A DNA stretch of 63,708 nucleotides, counting the filler, from Jimgerdemannia flammicorona (Eukaryota), in the NCBI GenBank assembly GCA_003990765.1. It is 2 parts of 2 records of this genome, joined end to end, with 100 filler letters (N's around TTAATTAATTAA, not from the genome) between each part and the next. Parts side by side here need not be neighbours in the genome. Positions count along the whole stretch, not along the records: positions 31,912 to 63,708 come from RBNJ01000379.1; 1 more part is not named here. One strand, written 5' to 3'. Within the stretch, counting starts at the first letter, position 1. Each line of letters starts with the position of its first letter. Made by a program: the position numbers and the translations under genes. Positions 37,801-49,441 of the stretch are shown here, in pieces. The notes beneath the pieces were generated by a model, which had not been told where the DNA came from, did no database searches, and saw nothing but the letters and a program-made list of their open reading frames with translations.

Positions 37801-40800
37801 TACAGATGAAGTAGGTGTTTCCCTTTTTTCAAGAGAGTCTCTTCATTTGAATGACAGAGATGATTTCAATTCCTTAGTGGTTGGTACCTTCCTGGGGTGT
37901 CAGGGTGATCTTTCTGCCTTCATGGGTCAGGTTAACCTCATTGGTTCTCCAGTTGATGTCTGGGTTATGCTGGGTCAACCAGGCTTTTCCTAAGATAATA
38001 TCTTGTCCTGGGAGGTCTATAATGCTAAAGTCCAACTTCTCTTAATATTTACCAATCTTGAGCAAGAGGTCCTCATAGATCTTGGTCAATGGTGCAGTTT
38101 TTCCATCACTAAAGGTAACACTTCTTTTCTCAGTGGCTGGCCTGCTTCAGGCTCCAATCCTCTTGGTGGTCTTGGTGCTGATGTAGTTTCCAGTAGCACT
38201 GCTATCAAGCAAAACATTGACATTCTGTCTGTGGACTTGGCCTGTGAACTTGATGCAACTGTCCTCCTTCTTGATGGTATTGAGCTCTTCATCTTCATTG
38301 TTGTCCCAATTGCTGTCAGTCTCCTCAAAGTTAGTTTCTCCCCATCCTTCACAAGGAGGGTTGTCTTGTTTGGGTTCCTCAGTCTGTTGAGCATGGTATT
38401 TCTCAGATTGAATTTTGAAAACTTTGGAGAGGCATGCATGGCATTCACCAATATATTCCATACAGTATATTTGAATAGAATGAGAGCATTGTCCACATAG
38501 TGCATAACCATCTGCAATTCTCTTATACCAGTTTTCATCATCTTCCTTTATGGTAGTGATCTTTTGACTGAGAGGTTTGTTGGTAGATCCAAACTCTTTC
38601 TTGCCACAGTCTGTCTGGGAGAGTTTGGGGACTTCTTCAATGGTGAGATCTTGATGGATTTCTTCAATGATTGCTTGGGCAATTCTCTGGCCTGTTTTGA
38701 CTTCAAATGATGTATCTCCAAAATTTTACAAGATGACATAGATTTTGCTAGTAAATTCTTGATCAATTACTCCTCCTCCTAGCCAAATGTTGAACTCTTT
38801 GGCTAAGCTGCTTCACTTAGCAAGGCAAATGTATGTACTTTTGAGAGCTTGCATTGCAATTTCTATTCACACTGTAGCATTGGTACTTGGTAGAATGGTG
38901 AGGTCTTGACTGCTGTAGAGGTCATATCCAGCATCAGTTGGGTGGGTCTTAGTGGGGATGGTAGACTTGTACCATATCTTCTATACTTTGATGACATTCT
39001 CAGAGTTCTTCTTTTCTGGACCTTCTCCAATAACAGTAATGTTCTGGTTACTGGGTTCACCTGATCTGTTTCTCTTCTCAGGGCATTTCACTGAGATGTG
39101 TCCTGCCTTCTTGTAGATGAAGCACAATCCTTTTTCATGAAGCTGCTTCTTTTCATCCTTGGTGGAAGGTCTGGGTCCTCTGGGGTTTTGCTGGTTCCTT
39201 TGATCATTCCTTTGATCATATCTTTGGTTATTCCTTCTGGTAGGATTCCTCCTATCTTGGTTATCCTTCTTGTGTTCTTGATTTCATGGGGCTTGTGTAG
39301 CAAGAATTTCATGGGCTCTTCTTTGTACTTGGGCAAAGCACTATGAGTAGTGGGGGCATCCTTGGAGAAGACCTTGTTCCTTGATCTTCTGGGTGAGCCA
39401 GTCTGGTAGGGCTGCAAAAAGATATTTGGCTCTGGTATCATTGATGGCCAAATTGTTTTCCTGGTAGGTAAGTCCAATGGATTTGAGGTAGGCATCCATT
39501 CTGGTAGCAAAGGTCTCTAGATCCTCTTCACCATTCTTGTGGAACTTCATCTGGGAAAGCTTGTTCCAAGTTTCTTATATGTAGGCCACATTTCAGAATT
39601 TAGTCAGTAGCAAGGCCTTGAGTCCTGGGCCTGCTTCATAGTCATCCCAACATGGTCTATTGTTGGCAGGTACTTGTCCATTGACTTGAGGGTGGGCTTC
39701 TCAGGTTACTGGATGTTGTTCCAAGATTTGCCAGAATTTGGCTGCTATTCCAGTGAAGAATGTAGCTACTGTTTCTACTTGTGCTGCTGATGTGATAAAT
39801 AGTTGTTGAAGGGTGCTGTTCTGATTGTTGGTGAGCATTTCTATAGGCACTTAGTTATCATTCCATTGGTTTGCTTGGTAGTCTGTATCAACTGCATTGA
39901 TGAAGTTTTTGATGTCACTGTTTTTTCTACTGAATATTGGGATTCACAAGGTCTTGATTGGCTTGTTCTGTTCAGCAATCTGTCCTACTATCTCTGCTAG
40001 TGCTGCTAGCTGGGTAGTCAGTACTGCAATGTTGACATCTACCATTGTGTTGACTATTGGTGGTGGGCTTGTTGGGGTAGATTCTCCTGAAGATTGTTCT
40101 GCTTGGTGGAGTTGTAGTGCTATATGACCTGGGGTTACTTGGTTTCTGGAGATCAAGTCAAAGAGTCCTGTGATAGAGGGTAAACCAAATCTCTGTATAG
40201 GTGGCTGGGTTGGTTCTGGGGTCTGATCTTCTTGACCTGTGGTTCCTTGATAAATTCCTAGGCTTGCTGTTTCTAGTTGGCTATCATTAGACTGGTAACC
40301 TGTAGAGTCTTCATCTGACTCCCTTCCCTGATGAGATAGTGCATCCTCATACTGACTAGGTCCTTCAAAGAGGATATCAGTCTCTGGCTGAGTAGATGGG
40401 CCTGCTCCTTGTTCAGCAGTAGGGGATGGTTGGCCTGCTTGCTCATTCTCGTACCTAGTTATGGCAGAGGTGTAGTATACAACTAGCCTGTAGTAGAGGG
40501 AGGTCTTGGTAGGGGTATGATGATATCTGTCAGAGGCAATCTACTTGGCAGCTACTTCTCTTGCAGCAGGGGGTGTGATATAATCTAGAAAATCCTGAGT
40601 AGCTACAGCAGTAGATTCTGGGGTCCTAGTGGTTCCAATATATTCTCAGAGGAGTTCATAGAATCTACAGTGGCTGACAATATTCCTAAGTCCTGGGTGG
40701 TATGTCCTAAAGGCCTGGTATAGATCCTTGTAAGCCTGGTCAATTACAAACTAGTGGGTTCTTGGGTCTGTGGTTTCCTGGTACTACCTGGTCCTAATGG

Positions 40801-40900
40801 TAAGGGCTTCTCTGGCTCTGGTTTAAGGATCCACAGTTGATTCTGGGAGTTACTCCTGTCCAAGGTTGGTCTTGTTCCAACTTCAGAAGTATATTCTTTA
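34865..40900 (-). pseudogene. gag-pol: Gypsy-B2 gag-pol: gag (zinc knuckle)-dUTPase-protease-RT-RNase H-integrase-chromodomain
   Basis: GLCFIYKKAGHISVKC; DAGYDL; LLDSSAT; DYGALNK, YIDN; TTDASD; HDTPAAGHFG..CEICQ, MDFI; EFEIEEVL..FLIKWKGY..DAIWE. Confidence 0.95.
38583..38995 (-). pseudogene. dut: dUTPase domain of Gypsy-B2, between zinc knuckle and protease
   Basis: DAGYDL, *SSLAK, GGVIDQEFTS, RIAQ, CGKKEFGST. Confidence 0.88.
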
Positions 40901-40920
40901 GTACCTTCTTGGCTGGTAAT

Positions 40921-40932
40921 CTGCTGCTACCA
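40921..40932 (-). promoter_or_regulatory. Primer-binding site of B2, tRNA-iMet-like
   Basis: TGGTAGCAGCAG, 3 nt after the LTR end on the minus strand; mutated copy near 49277-49287. Confidence 0.75.
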
Positions 40933-40935
40933 AGT

Positions 40936-41714
40936 TGTAATAACTCTCACTTCTACCCCTCTCTTATCCTTTGGATAATTAGGGAAGTAGACTATTACTT
41001 AGAGACTTAGTACACAATGTGTACTAAGAAGCCTTCAGTTTGAGGAAGTGCTTGCTTGTAAGTAGTTATAGCAGCAGTGCCTTCTGTTTCAAAGGTCTTT
41101 CTCTTTTGCCCTATTTTGAGGGTCTTGTTCTTTGCTATGCACAGACTGAATTTGCCTTGGAATTCAGGTTCAATGGGTTTACTTAAGTCTTTGGGGATTT
41201 ATATACCAATCTCAGTTCTGGTAGAAGTTAGCTAGGCTTCTGGAGTTTAATCAGAAATACTAGAGTCACTTAGATGTCATTACTAAGACTTAGGGGAATG
41301 TGTATGTATGGGGGGGACTTGATTTTTGTATCAAGGACTGAACTAAAACTGCTTTATTTTAGATGGAAACTGAGGGGTATTCATACAAGTTGGTCTGCAA
41401 TTTCTGACTAAGTATGAGTGACTAATTTGGTAACTATAATGAGGTTTGTAATTGTGACCTTTGTCAGGTAGTTTTTGGCAAAAAACAACTTTGTGATCAG
41501 GACCTCAATTATTAGGCAATAATTAGTAGCTATGGTAACTGTTGCTATAGTGCCAATTGTTGGGGATAAGCTGGATATTGTTTTCTATATCATTTCACAT
41601 CATTTGTAATATCATATGCTGTGCTTCATTTGTATGATGACATTATTCGCTGGGTCACATAATCACTCATCTCGTTGCATCCCATCTATTTGCTTGCTCA
41701 TTCATTCTATTACA
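40936..41714 (-). repeat. Shared middle LTR of the B2/B3 tandem (779 bp)
   Basis: TGTAATAA...CTATTACA; PBS on one side, PPT on the other. Confidence 0.95.
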
Positions 41715-41749
41715 TCCTTCTCTCCTTAGAAATCAACATCCTTGTTGAT

Positions 41750-42568
41750 TTAGAAATTGAGAACCAGGAGAGAGAAAGGTGGGGAATCCTCCTCAGGGTT
41801 GTCACCATCTCCTTCAGTGGCAGGGGGGGTGGTTGCTGATGGCTTGCTGTCCAGAATGGAGAAGTCAATGAGGTCTACAAATGGTTCTTATATGGGAATG
41901 GGTACTGGTGTAGGGGTTCTCCATCTGATGTGGTTGGGGCTATCCAAGTAGGGTTCTTGATCTTCATGTCTGGGAATATCCATTTGGATAGGTGGTCCTT
42001 CAAAAAGGTCAGAGAGGCCTTGGAGCCATTGGTTAGAGTTGTCATTCAGGAGGGGGCTCCAGTAGGGTTTACAGTCAGTAGACTTGAGGGTGATCCAGAA
42101 GTTGGCTTCTTGGGCTACCTTGATCTTTAGTTCATCAACCTCAAAGAAAGAGAGGTTCTGGAAATCCTTCAGTTAGACATAGTTGAGGTTAGAGATTGCA
42201 AAGGGTGCATGATATATGATTCAATAGACCTTCTTGGCAAGTCTTTGCTCACTCCTGTCCAGGTGGATCCAATCAGAAATTTGGTCCATAGATAGGTCCT
42301 TTGCCCATTAGAAGAGTTGGTGGCCAATCTTGTATTCATGCCAGATCTCTAGGTAGCTGGTGGCAAGGTAGGCTCTTTTGATGACTTCATGGCAGTTGAG
42401 GACATAGTGTCCTAGGTCTTGGCTGGAGAGGTTAAGGGCCTCTGAGTGGCAGTTCCTTCCTTAGATAGCAACCTGGATGTGTCCAAAGAGGCGGTCAACC
42501 TGGCTTGAGAGGGGCCAACTACAGTGGACAGTTTGGTGGCAGGTAGCTTGGCTGTGGGTAGCAGGCAT
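41750..42568 (-). pseudogene. Accessory 3' ORF3 of Gypsy-B3 (273 codons)
   Basis: ATG at 42568 (MPATHSQATCHQTVHCSWP...) to TAA at 41750; length is a multiple of 3; internal stops of the TAA/TAG/TGA type. Confidence 0.7.
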
Positions 42569-43205
42569 TCTTGTCTTTTTCTTTGTGAGGAGAGAGGGAT
42601 GAGAGTTGCAAGGTATTCTTGCCTTGGATATTTATACTTATTCACCTCTCTGGTGTGACCTTTCTTTGGTCATGCTTTCTAGTAAAGTGTGTGACTATGC
42701 TATAAGCAGGGCATGTGCTGGTCACATGAGAAAATCCTGATTTCAAAGATATCATCACTCATAGCTATGGTTACACAGAGTTAACAGGTCTTGGTCCTTT
42801 TTTTTTTTGTCTGGTTAGTGCATTTGCAAGGACTGGCCATCCTTGTCTAGGGTGAGGGCTCTCATTATCACAGCTGGGGGTTCGAACCTCTCAGAAATAG
42901 ACTTTTCTTATAATCCAATGCAATTTCTAGTAACAATATCTATCACATGGATGAACTTAGACTGGTTTCAACATTGTCAGCTTTCCTAAGTTTCACATGA
43001 AGTATCTGTCATCATCCAGCAGAGATGATACAGATGATGTGAAATGGGGTTGTTCAAATACATTTTGCTGTACTATGTTAGATTATCCTTTGCTTGAGAA
43101 TCTTCTTGTTAGTTATTCATAGTATTCCTTTTTCTGCAATATTCGGTATTATATGTTTCTGGATAAAATATGTAGTATTCTTCTGCTCACGATGTGCTTC
43201 AGTAC

Positions 43206-46200
43206 TTAGAGCTGCAGTTCCTTTCTTTGCTGGGGAGTGAGTGTTTCCATGTAGTCCTGGAGGGCTTTGCATACATTCTTCAGGACTTCTTCTTTTTCCC
43301 AGGTGGCATCATGGGTGGGGTAACCCTTCCACTTGATCAGGAAAAACCACTTGACTGTTTTGGGGTATTTGCAGACCTTGTGGTCAAGTACTTTCTCAAT
43401 TTCAAATTCCTCATGATCATTGATCCTAATTGGGGGTGGTGGTGGAACTGTATGCTTGGAGAATGGGTTCTCATAGTAGTCCACCAATTGGCTGATATGG
43501 AATACTGGGTATACTCAGACATTGTGGGGAAGTTGTAACTTATAGTTGACTTTACTGATTTTTTCCACAATCTTGTATGGTCCAATTCTTCTAGCATAGA
43601 GTTTCTTGGCTGGTTATTGTGCTAGGGTGTCTGAGTGGAGGTGGTCTGTTCTAAGCATGACCATGTCACCAATATTGTAGGAGGCTTCTCTTTGCTTTAG
43701 ATTTGTATACTTGGTCTAGTAGTCTTGTACTTCTATGAGAACATCTCTTGTCATTCAGGTAAGGTCAGAAATAGTCTTGGCCAGATCTTGGGCTGCTGAG
43801 ACTGCTGATTTCACAGTAGTGCTTGGAGTTCTTGGGTATTGACCATGGTTCAGGAAGAATGGAGTCTTCTTCATGGAGGTTTGCTAGCTGTTGTTGTAGG
43901 CAAACTTGGTATAGGCTAGGTACTTGTCTCAATCATTCTGCTTGTAACAGTAGAAGATGCTAAGCATCTGTTTGAGAGTCCTGATAGTTTACTCAGTTTG
44001 ACCATCAGTCTGAGGGTGATAGGCAGTAGAGAACTTCAGCTTGGTTCCATGGAGAGAGAAGAATGTCTTCCAGAAGTTGCTTGTGAACTTGGCATCTCAG
44101 TCAGACATAATGGTGCTAGGTATGCCATGTAGCCTGAATACTTGATTGAGGAAAATCTCAGCAATCTCTGGTGCTGTAGCAGTGGTCTTGGTGGGTACAA
44201 AATGGGCTTGTTTACTTAGGCAGTCCACAAATACCACAATAGCATTCCATCCTGCCTTGGTCTTGGAGAGTTGGACAATGAAGTCTATTGTAATCTGATC
44301 TCAGTTGTGACTTGGGATAGGCAAGGGTTGCAGGAGTCCTGCTGATAGCTTGTTACTACTTTTGAACTTTTGGCATATCTCACATGAGGCCAAAAAGTCC
44401 TTGATGTCCTTGGTCATTTTTGGCCAGTAGAATTCTCTTGAGAGGAGGTTGTAGGTCTTTTCAAAACCAAAGTGTCTTGCTACAGGAGTATCATGGAGTT
44501 CCTACATGATCTTGAGTCATAGAGTATCATTATTAGATACAACTACTCTGTCATGGTCCCTGTAGATAAGTCCAGTACAGTAAGTGAATCTCTTGGCCAT
44601 TTGCCTCATGGGTTCTGGGACCTTGGCCTCTGGGTCTTGGCAGAATTAAAGGAATTTCATCAGGGGGCTGTCTTGCTGGTAGCTGTCCTTGATCATTTGG
44701 ATAAGATCTTCAATTACTTTGACCATGAAGACAAGTTCATCTTCCATATATCTGGAGAAACTATCAGCCACACAATTGGTTTTGCCTGGGATATACTTGA
44801 TTTCCATATCAAAGTTGGTAATGATTTCTATCCAGCGGGCTTGTCTGTGGGTCAGTATGGGCTGTGTATGAATATACTACAGGGCATGGTGATCAGTATA
44901 GACCACAAATAGTTATCCTAGGAGGAAATAGTGCCATTCTTGGAGTGTAGTAACAATGGCCAGAAGTTCCTTCTCATGGGTGGTATACTGGGTCTCAGCT
45001 AGCTTGAGCTTTTGAGAAAGGTAGGTCACTGGGCAGTCTTCTTGCCTGAGCACTACTCCAATAGCAATATCAGAGGCATCTGTGGTCAGAGTGAATAGTC
45101 TGGTAGAGTCAGGTGCAATTAGCACTGGGGTCTCGATAAGGAGTCTCTTGAGATAGTTTATAGCCAAGGTGCATTTGGAGATCTATTCAGCTTTGATGTT
45201 TATGCCTTTGTGGGCCAGGCTGATCAGTGGGGCTACAATAGCAGAGTATCCTTGAATAAACCTTCAGTAATAACCAGCAATACCCAGAAAGTACTGGAGT
45301 AGCTTGAGGGTAGTAGGGATAGGAATATCCTTGAGGACTGATACCTTTTGGGGGTCTACATTGATACCTTTAGCAGAGATGATGTATCCTAGGTACTCAA
45401 TCTGGTCTTGATAGAACTTATACTTGCTTATCTTGGCATAGAGCTGGTGTTCTCACAGAAGAGTCAGTACCTGTCTGAGGTGGGTGTAGTATAGCTCTAC
45501 TGTCTCACTGTAGATTAGTATATCATCAATATATACAAGGACACAGATGTTGAGGAGTGGTTCAAAGATGTCATTCATCAGATACTGGAAAGTTGCTGGT
45601 GCATTGGTCAATCCAAAAGACATAACTTGGAACTGGTAGTATCCAAACTGTGTTCAGAAAGCTATCTTCTCAATGTCCTTCTCATCAATGAGAATCTGGT
45701 GGTAGCCATTTCACAAATCTAATAGGGAAAAGGTCTTAGCCTTGAAGATTTGGTATAGCAACTCATCAATCTTAGGCAAGGCATACTGGTTCTTGATAGT
45801 GATCTTGTTGAGGGCTCTGTAGTCAATACATATTTGCAGAGAGCCATCCTTCTTCTTGACAAATAGAATGGAGGCTCCAAATGGAGAGCAGCTGGGTTCA
45901 ATGTATCCTTGGACCAGTAGTTTGGTCAATTCATCCTTGAGGGTCTTGAGTTCAGATTGGGCCAGTTGGTAGATACTCTTGTATGGAGGTTCAGATCCTG
46001 GAATAAGATCAATTCCATGTTGGATTTGGTACTTGGGTAGAAGTCCTTGGGGGTCTTGGAATACATCTTGAAATTCTTTGAACAGTTCTTAGGCTTCTGT
46101 TGGAATTGGGCTACTTGTAGCTTCAGTGACTTCTTGTACTATATAGATGAAGTAGGTGTTTCCCTTTTTTCGAGAGAGTCTCTTCATTTGAATGATAGAG

Positions 46201-49200
46201 ATAATTTCGATTCCTTGGTGGTTGGTACCTTCCTGGAGTGTTAGGGTGATCTTTCTGCCTTCATGGATCAGGTTAACCTCGTTGGTTCTCTAGTTGATGT
46301 CTGGGTTGTGCTGGGTCAACCAGGCTTTTCCTAGGATGATGTCCTGTCCTGGAAGATCTATAATACTGAAGTCCAACTTCTCTTGATATTTGCTAATCTT
46401 GAGCAAGAGATCTTTGCAGATCTTGGTCAATGGTGCAGTCTTGCCATCATCAAAGGTAACACTTCTTTTCTCAGTGGCTGGTCTGCTTTGGGCTCTAATC
46501 CTCTTTGCAGTCTTGGTGCTGATATAGTTTCCAGTAGTACTGCTATTAAGCAAGACATTGATATTCTATCTGTAGACTTGGCCTGTAAACTTGATGCAAC
46601 TGTCCTCCTTCTTGATGGTGTTGAGCTCTTCATCCTCATTATTGTCCCAATTGCTGTCAGTCTCCTCGAAGTCAGTTTCTCTCCATCCTTCACAAGGAGG
46701 GTTGTCTTGTTTGGGTTCCTCAGTCTGTTAGGCTTGATGCTTCTCAGATTGAATTTTGAAAACTTTGGAGAGGCATGCATGGCATTCACTAACATGTTCT
46801 ATACAGTACATTCGAATAGAATGAGGGCATCATCCACATAGTGCATAACTATCTGCAATTCTCTTATACCAGTTTTCATCATCTTCCTTCATGGTAGTGA
46901 CCTTTTGACTGAGAGATTTATTGGTTGATCCAAACTCTTTCTTGCCACAGTCTGTCTGAGAGAGTTTGGGGACTTCTTCAATAGTGAGATCTTGATGGAT
47001 TTCTTCAATAATTGCTTGGGCAATCCTTTGGCCTGTTTTGACTTCAAATGATATATCTCCAAAATTTCGCAAGATGACATGGATTTTGCCAGTAAATCCT
47101 TGATTAACTACTCCTCCTCCTAGCCTAATGTTGAACTCTTTGGCTAGGCTACTTCACTCAGTAAGGCAGATGTATATATCTTTGGGGGCTTACATTACAA
47201 TCTCTATTCACACTGTAGCATTGGTACTTAGTGAAATAGTGAGGTCTTAACTGCTGTAGAGATCATATCTAGCATCGGTTGAATGGGCCTTAGTGGGGAT
47301 GGTAGCCTTGTACCATATCTTCTATACTTTGATGACATTCTTGAGGTTCTTCTTTCCTGGACCTTCTCCAATGACAGTAATGTTCTGGTTACTGGGTTCG
47401 CCTGTTCTGTTCTTCTTCTTAGGGCATCTGAATGAGATATGTTCTGCCTTCTTACAGATGAAGTACAATCCCTTTTCATGGAGCTACTTCTTTTTATCCT
47501 CAGTGGGAGGTCTGGGTTCTCTGGGATTTCGCTGGTTCCTTTGATCATTCTGTTGATCATATCTTTGATCATTCCTTTGATCATTTCTCCTGATAGGATT
47601 CCTCCTATCCTGGTTATCCTTCTTGTGTTCTTGATTTCATAGAGCTTGTGCAGCAAGGATTTTGTGAGCTCTTCTTTGTACTTGGGCAAAACACCATGAG
47701 TAGTGGGGACATCCTTGAGGAAGACCTTGTTCCTTGATCTTCTGGGTGAGCCAGTCTGGTAGGGCTGCAAAGAGATGGTTGGCTCTGGTACCATTAATGG
47801 CCAAATTGTTCTCCTAATAGATAAGTCTAACAGTTTTGAGATAGACATCTATTCTGGTGGTAAAGGTCTCTAGATCCTCTTCACCATTCTTGTAGAACTT
47901 CATCTGAGACAGTTTGTTCCAAGTTTCTTGTATGTAGACTGCATTTTGGAATTTGGTCAGTAGTAAGGCCTTGAGTCCTGGGCCTGCTTCATAGTCATCC
48001 CAATCTGATCTATTGTTGGCAGGTGCTTGTCCATTGACTTGAGGACAGGCTTCCCAGATTACTGAGTGTTGTTCCAAAGTTTGCCAGAATTCGGCTGCTG
48101 TTCCTGTGAAGAATGTGACTACTGTTTCTACTTGTGCTGTTGATATGATAAACAGCTGTTGAAGGGTGCTATTCTGGTTGTTGGTAAGCATTCCTATAGG
48201 TACTCAGTTATCATTCCATTGGTTTACTTGGTAGCCTGTGTCAACTGCATTGATGAAGTTTTCAATGTCACTGTTTTTTCCACTGAATATTGGGATTTGC
48301 AAGGTCTTGGTTAGTTTGTTCTGTTCTGCAATCTGTCTTACTATCCCTGCTAGTACTGCTAGCTGAGTAGTCAGTGCTGCAATGTTGACATCTACCATTG
48401 TGTTGACTATTGGTGGTGGGTCTATTAGGGTAAATTCTCCTGAAGATTGTTCTGTTTGGTGGGGTTGTGGTGCTGTATGACTTGGGGTTACTTGATTCCT
48501 GGATATCAAGTTAAAGGGTCCTATGAGAGAGGGTAAACCAAACCTTTGTATAGGTGGCTGGGTTGGTTCTGGGGTCTGTTCTTCTTGACCTGTAGTTCCT
48601 TGGTAAATTTCTAGGCCTGCTGTTCCTCATTGGCTATCATCAGACTGGTACCCTGTAGAGTCTTTGTCTGACTCCCTTTCCTGATAAGATAGTACATCCT
48701 CATACTGACTAGGTCCTTCAAAGAGAATATCAGTCTCTGGCTGGGTAGATGGGCCTACTTCTTGTTCAGCAGTAGGGGATGGTTGGCCTGCTTGCTTGTT
48801 CTCATACCTGGTTATGGCAGAGGCATAGTATACAACTAGCCTGTAATAAAGGGAGGTCTTGGTAGGGGTATGATGATATCTATCAGAAGCAATCCACTTG
48901 ACAGCTACTTCTCTTGTAGCAGGGGGTGTGATATAATCTAGAAAATCCTGGGTGGCTGCAGCAGTAGATTCTGGGGTCCTAGTGGTTCTAATGTGTCCTC
49001 AGAGGAGTTTGTAGAACCTACAGCAGCTAACAATATTCCTAAGTCCTGGGTGGTATGTCCTAAAGGCCTGGTATAGATCCTTGTAAGCCTGGTCAATTAC
49101 AAGCTGGTGGGTCCTTGGGTCTGTGGTTTCCTGGTACCACCTAGTCCTAATGGCAAGGGCTTCTCTGGCTCTGGTTTGAGGATCTACAGTTGTTTCTGGG

Positions 49201-49260
49201 GATTACTTCTGTCCAAGATTGGTCTTGTTCCAACTTCTCAGGAGTGTGTTCTTTGGTACC
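43206..49260 (-). pseudogene. gag-pol: Gypsy-B3 gag-pol (same architecture as B2; dUTPase ~46925-47335; chromodomain 43206-43420)
   Basis: Colinear with B2 with the same motifs. Confidence 0.95.
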
Positions 49261-49441
49261 TTCTTGGCTGGTAATCTGCTGCTACTAAGTTGTAATAACT
49301 CTCACTTCTACCCCTCTCTTATCCTTTAGATAATTAGGGAAGTGGACTATTTTTTTTTGTTTTTTATAGTCTCTTGGACTCCATCTTTATTACCAGTCTA
49401 TGAATAAGTATACAATAGCACCACCCTCTACCCTATCCCCC

